DNA of 64,000 nt, from contig NC_043000.1 of NCBI RefSeq assembly GCF_006345805.1, positions 105,710,001 to 105,774,000 of the forward strand. The letters run 5' to 3'. A model generated the notes under the pieces. It saw nothing but the letters and a program-made list of their open reading frames with translations, was not told the DNA's origin and made no database searches. The first letter of the stretch is position 1. Each line of letters begins with the position of its first letter. The stretch is from Octopus sinensis (Eukaryota). Positions 1-11,700 of the stretch are shown here, piece by piece. The translations under genes and the position numbers were made by a program.

Positions 1-313
1 CGACCGTTGCCAGCACCGCCCCGTTTCGTGTCCGTTGCCAGCCTCGCCTGGCCCTCGTGCCGGTGGCACATAAAAAGCACCATCCGTTCGTGGCCGTTTG
101 CCAGCTCTGTCTGGCACCAGTGCGTGTGGCACGTAAAAAGCACCCACTACACTCACGGAGTGGTTGGCGTTAGGAAGGGCATCCAGCCGTAGAAACACTG
201 CCAGATTTGACTGGGCCTGATGAAGCCTTCTGGCTTCACAGACCCCAGTAGAACCGTCCAACCCATGCTAGCATGGAAAACGGACGCTAAACGATGATGA
301 TGATGATGATGAT
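1..313 (+). mobile_element. 3' end of an RTE-clade LINE (or SINE sharing its tail) with (GAT)n tail
   Basis: ...catgctagcatggaaaacggacgctaaac(gat)n; about 98% identical by eye to the 3' end of the RTE at 6278-6594. Confidence 0.88.
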
Positions 314-1092
<779 letters not shown>

Positions 1093-1573
1093 TGATTAAT
1101 TGAATGAGTTATCTTATTAAGGATAATTCGAAAGATAACCGATACCTGGGTAGCAAATTCACATCAGAAAGAACACGGTTGAAACATATGTCGAGAATAA
1201 AGGATATTTGTTAACTAGTCGTTCAACTCCATTCTTTCATATACTTATATGTATATATATATATATATGTATGTCTATATATGTATGTATATGTATGTAT
1301 GTATAAATGTATATATATGTATATATGTATATATATGTATTGTATGTATATATGTATATATACATATATATGTGTGTGTGTGTGTGTATCAGAGTAATGG
1401 TGCTAACCAGTGTTTACATATATTTACAATTTAGTTGAAATTAGTTGAAATATATTTGTCACATATTTCAACTGCTAAAGGCAAATACACTGCAGTTACC
1501 ATGGAGAAAAATATCTGTTATGGTAAAAAGGTCTGAAAACACTCTATTTGTTCAGTGTTGCCCTCTTTCAGGA

Positions 1574-1620
1574 ATCTCAGACATCGCTGTTTCGAGTATA
1601 TTGACTCTTGTCGATGAGAT
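1574..1620 (-). ncRNA. Type I hammerhead-ribozyme-like fold with non-canonical core UCGACAA
   Basis: ATCTCA-TCGACAA-GAGT(CAATAT)ACTC-GAAA-CA(GCGA)TG-TC-TGAGAT: 6-bp stem I, 4-bp stem II, 3-bp stem III with GNRA loop, GUC site. Confidence 0.65.
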
Positions 1621-1892
1621 ATGCCTAAACAATGATTCTTTATTATGATAATTTTATATCATACACAGATGGGACAATACAGGACATTACAAACATAAAC
1701 TACATTTATGAGTTCCTTTTAAATTGGTTTTTAAAAATATGATGATGAATATTAATTTTAAAATTTCACAGATTTTACGATATAAACTTATCCTTGAAGC
1801 CCGTCTACACCATGCTTTTTTTTTCGAGGATGAAATTAAATAGGGTCATTCACACCCAACTTCCTTACTACATCCTTCCATCTTTTCCTGAA

Positions 1893-2060
1893 TATACCTT
1901 AGATATAGTAATCACCCACCCTCAATTAAAAAATCGTTGGTAAATAATATTAGTAAACAAATATCATTGCTTTCTTATGATTTATAGATTTTCAATAAAC
2001 ATGCACCTTATTATAATGAATCCCTGCGAGAGGCAGGATATAATAATGATATTAAATTCT

Positions 2061-2103
<43 letters not shown>

Positions 2104-2651
2104 TAGAAATAAGCCTAATTTTAATTTTAATTCGATAAATGATAATAATTTTAATAACATTAAAAAGAAATATAATAATAATAATAATAATAATAATAGT
2201 AATGATAATAATAATAGTATTATTAATAATAATAGTGTTAATAATAATAATAATAATAATATAAATAATAGGAATAAAATATGGTTAATTGTTCCTTATG
2301 GGACTCAAGTTAAAACTAATATTATTAAAGAGATCTTAAATATTATTGAACAATTCATTCATGATAATCGTAAATATAAAAAATTTTCTGTAGTAATAAT
2401 TTTGGAGTTGGTTATTCTACCACTAATAATGTAGGTAACATTATTTCTTCTTTTAATAAATTTAAGTTGAATAATTTCTGTAAAACGATATTTTATAATG
2501 ATACCAATAATGAAGATAACGTTCTCATAGATTGTACATGTAGAGATAAAAATAATTGTAAATTTAATAATAAATGCAATCTACATAATGTTATTTATAA
2601 ATGTATCGTTACATGATGAGAATAATAGTAATAATAATAATAATAATAATA

Positions 2652-2688
<37 letters not shown>

Positions 2689-3005
2689 TTAAACGCTATC
2701 TATATAGGGTCTACTTCTTCTAAAATTAAATTAAGAGTAGCTCAACATTTGCATTCCTTTAAGAATAGAAATCTTATGAACTCTACTGGGCTTAGTAAAT
2801 ATATATATGGGAACATAAATCCCAACGAATTAAGTATAATTTAAAGTGGGAGACAGATTGCAAGGCAAAATCATATAGTATAGGTAGTAAATCCTGTTTT
2901 TTACGTTCTAGTGAATTGAAAGAAATAATATTTAATAATCATAATAAATTAGTTAATTCATTGAACGAACGCAAAATTAAATGAAGACACAAATTACTTA
3001 TATAA
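1893..3005 (+). pseudogene. Penelope-like element: RT thumb, linker and GIY-YIG endonuclease (degenerate)
   Basis: YSNHPPSIKKSLVNNISKQISLLS..IFNKHAPYYNESLREAGY; IWLIVPYGTQVKTNI; CTCRDKNNCKFNNKCNLHNVIYKCIV; YIGSTSSKIKLRVAQHLHSFKN..TGLSKYI; KSYSIGSKSCFL..E..KIK*RHK. Contains stops, frameshifts and (AAT)n expansions. Confidence 0.88.
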
Positions 3006-5103
3006 TAAATTTTTATACAAAAAGTGAGTATATTTAAACCCTATTTTTGTTTCTAATTTGTAGTTATAATTTGTACTAGTATTAGTTCTATAATTTAGTA
3101 TGTGATTTTTATTTTGTATATTACAAAATTAAATAAGTCTAAATCAAATATTTATTATTAAATAAATAAATTAATTATAATAGTGTTGTGGTTGTAGTTT
3201 TATAGGGTGTTTTGAATATAAGTCAATAAGAGTTGATAAAGGTTTTTTAAATACTTAGAGTTAGATTATATTTTGATGTTTATTTAATTACTAAATATAT
3301 AATTTATTTAATGAATATAGATTAAAAAATAGTTATTTCATTATTTTTTTGTTATTGTTGTTGTTGATATTGTTATTATTATTATTATAGTTATTATATG
3401 TGTACTAACATTAATAGTATTAAGTATCTTGGGGGGAAATAGTTTTAGTAGCGTTAAACAATTTTGAATATGTAGTAAATTTTCTTTTCTTTATGTACTA
3501 TTTATTTATAAAATAATATGTACTTTATTTATTCAATTAACGAACAAAATATTTGATCTAAATATAAATTACTTTACTTATATAATAAGTTTAATTTATT
3601 AGTTAGGATTTGTTTTAAATAGTAATTTGATATATGATATATATTTGTTATAAATGACAGTCTAGTTTATGGTTTGTAATATTTTTTTTTTATATTAATC
3701 AAAATGACTTTGTATTATATATTTCGAATTAGATTTATTTAGATATTTATTTAATTAATTAATATAATTTATTAATGAATATTAATTTTTTATAGTTTTT
3801 AAATTAACTTAAGTTTATTAAATTAGTGGTTATAATATTGATACCGGTTGAATTAGTACTGAGTTTATATAGAATGGGTCTAAAAGTTGTTTTGTTCGAA
3901 TAAAGGTTTGGCTCCAATGTAACCATATTTATATATATGAAATAAATAAATTTGTATAAGATTATTAGAGAATATACAGTTAATTGTAGTTATATAAATT
4001 AATTTTACTATATGGTGATTTGAGTATATTTTATCATAGTTAATTCTAAATTTTAGTTTTCTAGTGAAAGATATTCTAGTGTATAGTGATTTTATTCTGT
4101 TAGACATTTTATTCTCTTTTTCTGTTAAAGCTAAAATATATTCGTAGTTTTCATTGATAAAATGTATATTTCCATCTGTTTGTGCTATTTCTTAAAGCAA
4201 GGTAATTTCATGAGTAATTTATAAGACGTTTTTTGTTTTGAAATTTTTTAGTTAATAATATACCTTTTGGAGAGATAAGTAAACTTTTTTATTTAAGAAA
4301 TATTATTGTACTCTATATAAGTATTGATTGTTAAATATGAATTTATAATTTTTTTTATTTGTTAATGATAATTTAGATATGTACATTTATTTAATTATAA
4401 TCATTTTATAATTATTATATCTGAACGTAAATTTTAAGATATTAGTTAGTCACTTTGGGATCTAGATTGTAAAAATGTTTAAATTTAACTTTAAGTTTCT
4501 TATTATATTTCTAGTCATATTATATTTCTAGTACTATTACAATTAATAACAATAGTAGTAATAAGTATTTTATAAAGATAGCTTACACGTTTTTACTTTG
4601 GAATTTTAAAATTCTTATTTTGTATGTAAGTAATAATGGACTAATTTATTTATTGTTTATATGTTTATTGATAGAAAAAATATAGATTTTTAATTACTAT
4701 ATTTGTTGATTATTATTTAGATATTTATTTTTATGTATTTATTATTTTATAATTATTATATGCAAACTAGAATCTAAAAATATTAAGAGTGATTGTTTTG
4801 TTAAATAGTTTGGTAATTAAATATTAGAGTATAACTAGGTTAAATATATTCTATAGTTTATTAATGCTTTTTATTAAGCTAAATTAAATCTTCACAGATA
4901 TAAATACATTTTTCTATCTATTTACTCTATTTTTTACCTTAAATATTTAACATAATAAATGTATTGTAGGAAACTGATCCTAATGTTTTAAGTTTCAAAT
5001 TTAGTTAATGGAATTTCTTCTATAAGAAAAATCATTATTTTATTTATTTATTTAAAAAATTATTGTTTAACTCTATTTGCTTATTTATTTAACTATTATT
5101 GTT

Positions 5104-5204
5104 AACCTGAAGAGTGACTATAATTTTAAACTGAATTGATTTTCGATTAAATATAAATTTAATTGTAAATCAAATTTAATTATAGCCATGAAACATACGT
5201 AGTT
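5104..5204 (+). ncRNA. Type I hammerhead ribozyme with intact core, in the PLE pseudo-LTR/5' region
   Basis: AAC-CTGAAGA (5107-5113)-long stem II GTGACTATAATT...AATTATAGCCAT-GAAA (5190-5193)-C(ATAC)G-TA^-GTT; cleavage predicted after A5201. Confidence 0.75.
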
Positions 5205-5529
5205 TTTTTCTTATTATATATTGATTTTTCCTTTTTATACTTTTTGTGATCTAGTTATATGTTTTATAAAAATATATTTTATTTTTTATTTATGATTTGG
5301 TTTATGTCTATGATTGTTTGAATTGCATAATAGTGGGTTTTTTTCTATAATTTATATTTTATATATTTATATTGTGAAATTTGAATTAATATCAATTTGA
5401 TTTTTTCCCTGTAAGTTTGGAGTTATACTCCCTAACCTTATTATTATTATTATTATTATTATATTATTATTATTATTATATTGATAGCTTACATTTATTG
5501 AGTGCATTTAAATCTCAATTTTCTATGTT

Positions 5530-5722
5530 ATGGAACTTACAGGTAAGATTGAACCACTACTTTAGAATTCATCTTTGAAGGATATTCCAATACCATCTAG
5601 GAAAGAATTTATTTTGAAACTTACTAATGATATTAAGGATTTTGTATCTAGAGTTAAATGGGAAGCCTACTGTTATAACTGTAATATATCTAATTTTAAT
5701 AATATAGAGAATACAAATGATA
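5530..5722 (+). pseudogene. N-terminus of the next PLE ORF, cut off by a microsatellite
   Basis: ATG at 5530, TAG at 5563, then [33 protein letters not shown], resembling the PLE N-terminal motif SLKNIPIPS..Y...L....E.F..R.RWKA. Confidence 0.75.
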
Positions 5723-5748
5723 TTAATATATATATATATATATGTGTG

Positions 5749-5781
<33 letters not shown>

Positions 5782-6277
5782 GTATATATATATATGTATA
5801 TATATGTATATATATATATGTATGTATATATATATGTATATATATATGTATATATATGTATGTATATATATGTATATGTATATATATGAATATATATGAA
5901 TATATGTATATATATATATGTATATATATGTATGTATATATATGAATATATGAATATGTATATATATGTATATATATGAATATATGAATATATGTATATA
6001 TATGTATATATATGAATATATATGAATATATGTATATATGAATATATATGAATATATGTATATATATGTATATATATGTATATATATATATGTATATATA
6101 TGTATATATATAATATATGTATATATATATGTATGTATATATATATATACATACATATGTATATATATATATAAGTATAATATATATATACATACATATG
6201 TATATATATATATATATATGTATATATATGTATATACATATGTATATATATACATACATATGTATATTTATATATAT
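5723..6277. repeat. Compound (TA)n/(TATG)n/(TATGAA) microsatellite
   Basis: Directly visible. Confidence 0.98.
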
Positions 6278-8900
6278 CATCATCATCATCATCATCATCA
6301 TCATTTGGCGTCCGTTTTCCATGCTAGCATGGGTTGGACGGTTCTACTGGGGTCTGTGAAGCCAGAAGGCTTCATCAGGCCCAGTCAAATCTGGCAGTGT
6401 TTCTACGGCTGGATGCCCTTCCTAATGCCAACCACTCCGTGAGTGTAGTGGGTGCTTTTTACGTGCCACCCGCACTGGTGCCAGACAGAGCTGGCAAACG
6501 GCCACGAACTGATGGTGCTTTTTATGTGCCACCGGCACGAGGGCCAGGCGAGGCTGGCAATGGACACGAAACGGGGCGGTGCTGGCAACGGTCGCGAAAC
6601 GGAAAGTTCTCTTACATGCCACCGGCACTGGTAACACATCTGCAATTTCCATTGATCGATTTCCATTGATCGATTTCCATTGATCGATTTCGATTCTGAT
6701 CCTCACTTGCCTCAATGGGTCTTCACAAGCAGAGTTTCGACATGCCACCGGCACTGGTAGCACATCCGCAATTTCCATTGATCGATTTTGATTCTGATCC
6801 TCACTTGCCTCAACACGTCTTCACAAGTAGAGTTTTGTGTCCCAAGAAGGGAAGGTATGCATACGTAGGCTGGCTCCATCACATGTAGAAGGCCACGGGT
6901 TGTGGACTCACTTGTCCTGCCGGGTCTTCTCGCGCACAGCACACTTCCAGAGGTCTCGGTCTCTAGTCATTTCCTCAGTGAGACCTAAAGTTCGAAGGTC
7001 GTGCTTCACCACCTCGTCCCAGGTTTTCCTGGGTCTGCCTCTTCCACAGGTTCCCTCAACCGCTAGGGTGTGGCACTTTTTCACACAACTATCTTCATCC
7101 ATTCTTGCCACATGACCATACCAGTGCAAACGTCTCTCTTGCACACCACAACTGATGCTTCTTAGGTCCAGCTTTTCTCTCAAGGTACTTACACTCTGCC
7201 GAGTGTGAGTACTGGCATTACAATATTTATATATATATATTATATATATATATATATACATATACATACACATATATATACATATACATACATGGAAAAT
7301 TTAATCATCTTGGCAGTGATTCCTAATGGCCCAGAGACTTTCCCTGACTTGATGTCCTTAATTGCCTTATCTATTATGCTGCTATCAAATCCTTTGCCTG
7401 GACCCTCAATTCGTTTGACATTTGGTAAACTCTCCTTTTCCCATTCATTTTCTACATTTAGTAACCTTTCATAGTGACACTTCCATGCATCTTTCTTCTC
7501 TGAGTCACTAATTGCAAGCATACTATTTTCCATTTGCACACATTTGTCACCTACCACATCTCGATTTTCTCTGATACACTGCTTTGGAATCTTGAACACC
7601 TCACACCTCTGATCTTCACATTGTAGGACATTTGCAAATCTCTTACCTTCAGCTACTCCTTTTTCTATGTATGCCTGACCCCTAGCTTCCCTTTTGGCTA
7701 CCTGATATAATTCTCTAATCCCACCATGTTTTCCAGTCTTTCCAGGCCTATCTTTTTGCTTTTATAACACTATCAACTTCCTTGCTCCACCACCATGTCA
7801 CCCTTGGTCTAACTGGGACTCTGCACCAATCACAGATTTCCTCCGTAGCCCTCAGTAGATTGTCCTGCAGGAACTTCCAATTGTCCTTTATGTTATATGT
7901 CCCCAACTCTTCCTTTCTTTCGTCAGAAGCTTCCATAAGTAAATCTCTAAATTTTTGTCTGTTTGCTGAGTCTTTGAGCTTCCATAGTCTTCTTTTCCTG
8001 ATTGGTTTATTTCTCCAAGACTTTCTAGCTCTAATTTTGAAGTCACTAACTAGTAACCTATGTTGGGTTGTACACTCTTCACCTGGGAAAGACTTTACAC
8101 TTTTAAGCATCTGTCTATCTCATTGCTTGGTGAGGAGGTAGTCAATCTGGCTTATGTGCTCACCAGACTGATACGTAATTAAGTGGCTGGCTGGTTTTTG
8201 AAGTTAGTGTTGCAGATCATGAGATTATTTGCATCGCAGAACTCCAGCAGTCTTGTTCCCTCCTCATTTGTAGGTCCAAAACCACAGCCCCCATGCACTC
8301 CCTGGAATCCATGGGGGTGCTGTCCAACATATCCATCGAAGTTACTAGCCACAGTAACAAAGTCTCTGTCATTTGTTGTTGAGGTGGTTTGCAAAAGGAT
8401 CTCATAGAATTGGTCCTTCTGCTCATCAATCAGCAAAGACTGGGGAGCATAAAAAGAGATAAATGTAACTGTTGATTTACCTATGATAAATCTCATCTTA
8501 ATTACACTATCACATACTCTGACTACCTCAGTTACCTTATCTATCCACTTTTCTGCTAACAGTATATCTACTCCTCCCATTCCATCATTCCTGCCAACCC
8601 AAAGGAATTTGAATCTCTGTCTCTTACCTGTGAGGAATCTAGCTGCTTCTTGAATCCATCTTGCTTCTTGTACACCACACATATCAACATGGCATTGCTC
8701 TAACATTTCAACAATCTTCCCACTCCTTCCTTTCATTGTGCCAACATTAATGGTAATAGCCCAAAAATTGAGTACTTGGGAGTGGTGGTAGTAAGGTAGT
8801 TGTGGAAATTTTGTCATCACCTGGAACGAAGATCTGCGAAAATGCTTGCCAGTTGGCATACAGCTTTGATACAAACTTTATTCAGTGAATTACAATGAAT
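6278..8900 (-). mobile_element. RTE-clade LINE, internally deleted (APE domain, pre-RT region, C-terminus, 3' UTR, (GAT)n tail)
   Basis: APE motifs TINVGTM, DMCGVQEARW, FISFYAPQ, D.NLMICNTNF (8179-8790); GKVSGPLGI (about 7320-7350); RRLHWYGHVARM..GRGRPRKTW (6908-7225). Frameshifted; the RT core is absent. Confidence 0.93.
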
Positions 8901-9799
8901 CACAGTTTCCCCCACCTCATCCAACATCTAGAGCAAAAGCCAACAAGTGAGTATGAGTATAGGATGGTTACATAGGGCAGTATAATATGTCTAAATATTC
9001 AGATATGAGGTACCTTTAACTGTATACAACACTCATCAGGGCACTTGTATGAGGGTATAAGGAGCAGGTATAATGATATACTCAAAATATGTTTTCACAT
9101 ACACAGCACTTGAAATTTATGAGTCGCCATGTGAAAATTTAAAGTACAAATTAAAATGATGGTGGTGTGGGAGGGCAGGGGGTGGGCATAATAGGTGTGC
9201 AAAATGGACGTTGGGAGCATAACACTTTTGCAAAACTAAGCTTTACACATCATATAGCTAGTCGGGTTTGGAAGAAAAGCTGTAGTAACAATAATTATTA
9301 TTCTTATTAAAATATTAATACTAAATTAATATACATGTACATTTTAATTATTAAATTTATCCCATAAGCAATGTGAGGGGGTCTGGCTGAAATTGAAATG
9401 AAATGAATTACATGTGGCCTTGGCTACTAGATACTGAAATAAATGGAGGAATTCTAAATTCATTGACTTAATCACATTTGAATACTAGTAATAATAACTT
9501 AGCTGTTGATTCAGAAAGAGTGAGTGAGTTGTTGATTCTTGAAATGGCATCAAAAGAATAGAACAATATTTTGGAATGTATTTTAAATAAAACACAGATG
9601 CTGAGGCAGAATGTTGAGAGCACAGCCCTTTTGCAAAACTAAGCGTCACGCACCACATAGCTAGTCTGGCTCAGAAGAAAAGCCGTCGTATTTAACAATA
9701 ATTATTATTCTTAAATATATATATATATTATTTATATATTAATTAGAGAATAAAAATTCCGGCGTCACAGGGATTCAAATAAATTGAATTATTCTTGAC

Positions 9800-10024
9800 A
9801 AGGAAATATATATTATTTAGAGATAGAAGTTCCCATGCAATTCATCTAATCCTAATGTACATCACACCATATCATAGAATTTTATTTTAATACTTACTAT
9901 TTCAGTTTCAAATTTCTGTTCTATATGTAAGTATTAAAATTAAATTCTATGATATGGTGTGATGTACATTAGGATTTGATGAATTGCATGGAGACTTCTG
10001 TTGCTAAATGATATATATTTCCTT
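9800..10024. mobile_element. Fold-back/MITE-like element, about 98-bp inverted arms, 29-nt spacer
   Basis: Arms 9800-9897 and 9927-10024 are reverse complements with few mismatches. Confidence 0.8.
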
Positions 10025-10038
10025 ATATATATATATAG

Positions 10039-10393
10039 GAGTCAAATGGCTCAAGAATCACTTATATACACACTGGTGAATTCCAGGAAAATGAGTATAT
10101 AAAAAGCCATCTTACCTATAGCGAGTAAAAAACACAAATGAGTTGCAGACATAGTCATAGCACATAATTTTGGATCATGTGATAAACACTTAGTCTTCAT
10201 CAGTGAGTATTACTTCAGCAGTAATACTCACTAGTTTATCACCAGAGTCCAAAATCACATGATGTGAGTACGTCTGCAACTCATTTGCGATTTTTACTTG
10301 TTATAGGTAAGATGGCTTTGTATATACTCATTTTCTCTGAATTCACTAGTGTGTATATAAGTGATTTACTGTGGTTCTTGAGCCGTTTGACTC
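10039..10393. mobile_element. Fold-back/MITE-like palindrome of about 355 bp
   Basis: gagtcaaatggctcaagaa...ttcttgagccgtttgactc; central hairpin agtgagtattac-ttcagca-gtaatactcact. Confidence 0.8.
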
Positions 10394-10509
10394 ATATTTC
10401 TAGCAATGCTGTGTACTATCTTGTACCGTGATTATAAATTAATATACATATTTGTCACTGGAAAAAGCATTGCGTGTAGAATGAGTTTTCATCATTAGCT
10501 TGTAATTAT

Positions 10510-10554
10510 CACACACTAATGATAGATTACTACTCAGAAACCCAGGTCTGTGTG
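10510..10554 (+). ncRNA. Degenerate hammerhead ribozyme (G5A, eroded stem II)
   Basis: CACACA-CTAATGA-TAGATTACTACTCA-GAAA-CC(CA)GG-TC-TGTGTG; 6-bp stem I intact. Confidence 0.55.
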
Positions 10555-11039
10555 TATCACATAAGGCTAGAGATGGAACTGATGATTTCCCTTCACAAAT
10601 ACTAATCAGATGCAGACAGTGTGTTGTTAGCCAGCTGGAGATGTCCTCCTGGGGCTAAAAACAACAGTAGCAACACCCTCTATGGGACTGCCTCATCTAG
10701 TTGGCAATTATATTTTACAATATATATATATATATACATATATAATTGAGACCAATATATTACTAATTATGGCATATAACTAGTCACCTAGGTTGCTTTG
10801 TGGAGGTAAAAAGAAATGAAATAAAACACAGGGAAAAAATTATATTATTTTTCAGTGGGGAAAAAATTATTTCCCATGGATTGATGTTAGCCATGAATGA
10901 TGTGTGCGTGTGTTTGTGTGTGTGTGTGTGAAATGAATATGAAAGTTTCATTTTTGGAGTTTAGGAAACTACTTGGATCCCATGGATGATGATGATGAGT
11001 CTTCTCTCCATCAAGCAGAGCCTGCATCTTCTGCTTCCA

Positions 11040-11700
11040 TTCTGATATGTCCTAAAACAATCCAGCAACCTCCAGTTGATGTTTTAAGGTGTTACTTCTT
11101 TTAATTGCTATATATAACTGGCTAAAATTGTAAGTGTCTTTCCTGGCTTCTAAAAGAGGATTTATAATTATTTATCCTGGTCTTAAAGGGATCTGCTGTT
11201 GCTCCAAAATATCTCTGTATATGTATTGCTCCAATGACATTGACCAATGCTATTTCATCTACATAGATCCTGGCTTCTGTGTTGCATTGACACACAGTAT
11301 AAAGCCTATATGAGTCCCCTGTGTCTATCTACTAGTTTGGGATACAACCGAATATTTATTTACCTCTAGGTGCACAGCTGAACAAGACCCTTAAGTTATA
11401 TCTTTTGAAATTTTTCTATATCTAGGGCCCTGTGTAAAATGTTTATCCACTAATTTGAGGAAGGTCCTTCTCATGCAGATTTTCATGTTGAGAGTGAGAA
11501 TGAGTGGGGAGAAAACCAAAGGATTTTTCAGTGGTGCACTGTCTTGTGGGCATTGGAACTGGATATATAATTGATGTCTTTAAATCAGAACCTTGTTGTA
11601 ATTAGTGGATGCTGCTTAGAAGACATGTTATTGGAGGATAGGTATGAGACTCGTATTGATACCCTTTATAATGTTTTTAAACACTATCAATGGTTAGTGT
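11040..11700 (-). pseudogene. Second Penelope-like relic (thumb, linker, GIY-YIG)
   Basis: KNIIKGINT..VF*AASTNYNKVL; WFSP..RTFLKLVDKHF..KIFKRYNLRVLFSCAP; RYFGATADPFKTRINNYKSSFR; ILASYI*QLKE..NINWRLL; several frameshifts. Confidence 0.75.

Noticed and set aside
217-240. CTGATGA followed by hairpin GAAGCC-TTCT-GGCTTC in the RTE 3' end
   Set aside because: No GAAA core, stem III or stem I partner follows; not a hammerhead.
1495-1508. Near X-box GTTACCATGGAGAA (also GTCCTCATAGCAAC at 17510-17523)
   Set aside because: Imperfect or relaxed matches in repeat-derived DNA, far from any promoter; expected by chance.
4200-5040. Minus-strand frame that looks open if TAA/TAG are read as Gln
   Set aside because: The strand is G-poor, so TGA is rare and any frame reads through under that code; no protein motif supports it.
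6615-6838. Repeat-spacer appearance suggesting a CRISPR array
   Set aside because: Simple tandem duplication in a eukaryotic LINE UTR; no unique spacers or cas genes.
9169-9186. G-quadruplex-like GGG-A-GGG-CA-GGGGG-T-GGG
   Set aside because: An isolated motif with no gene or promoter context that I can support.
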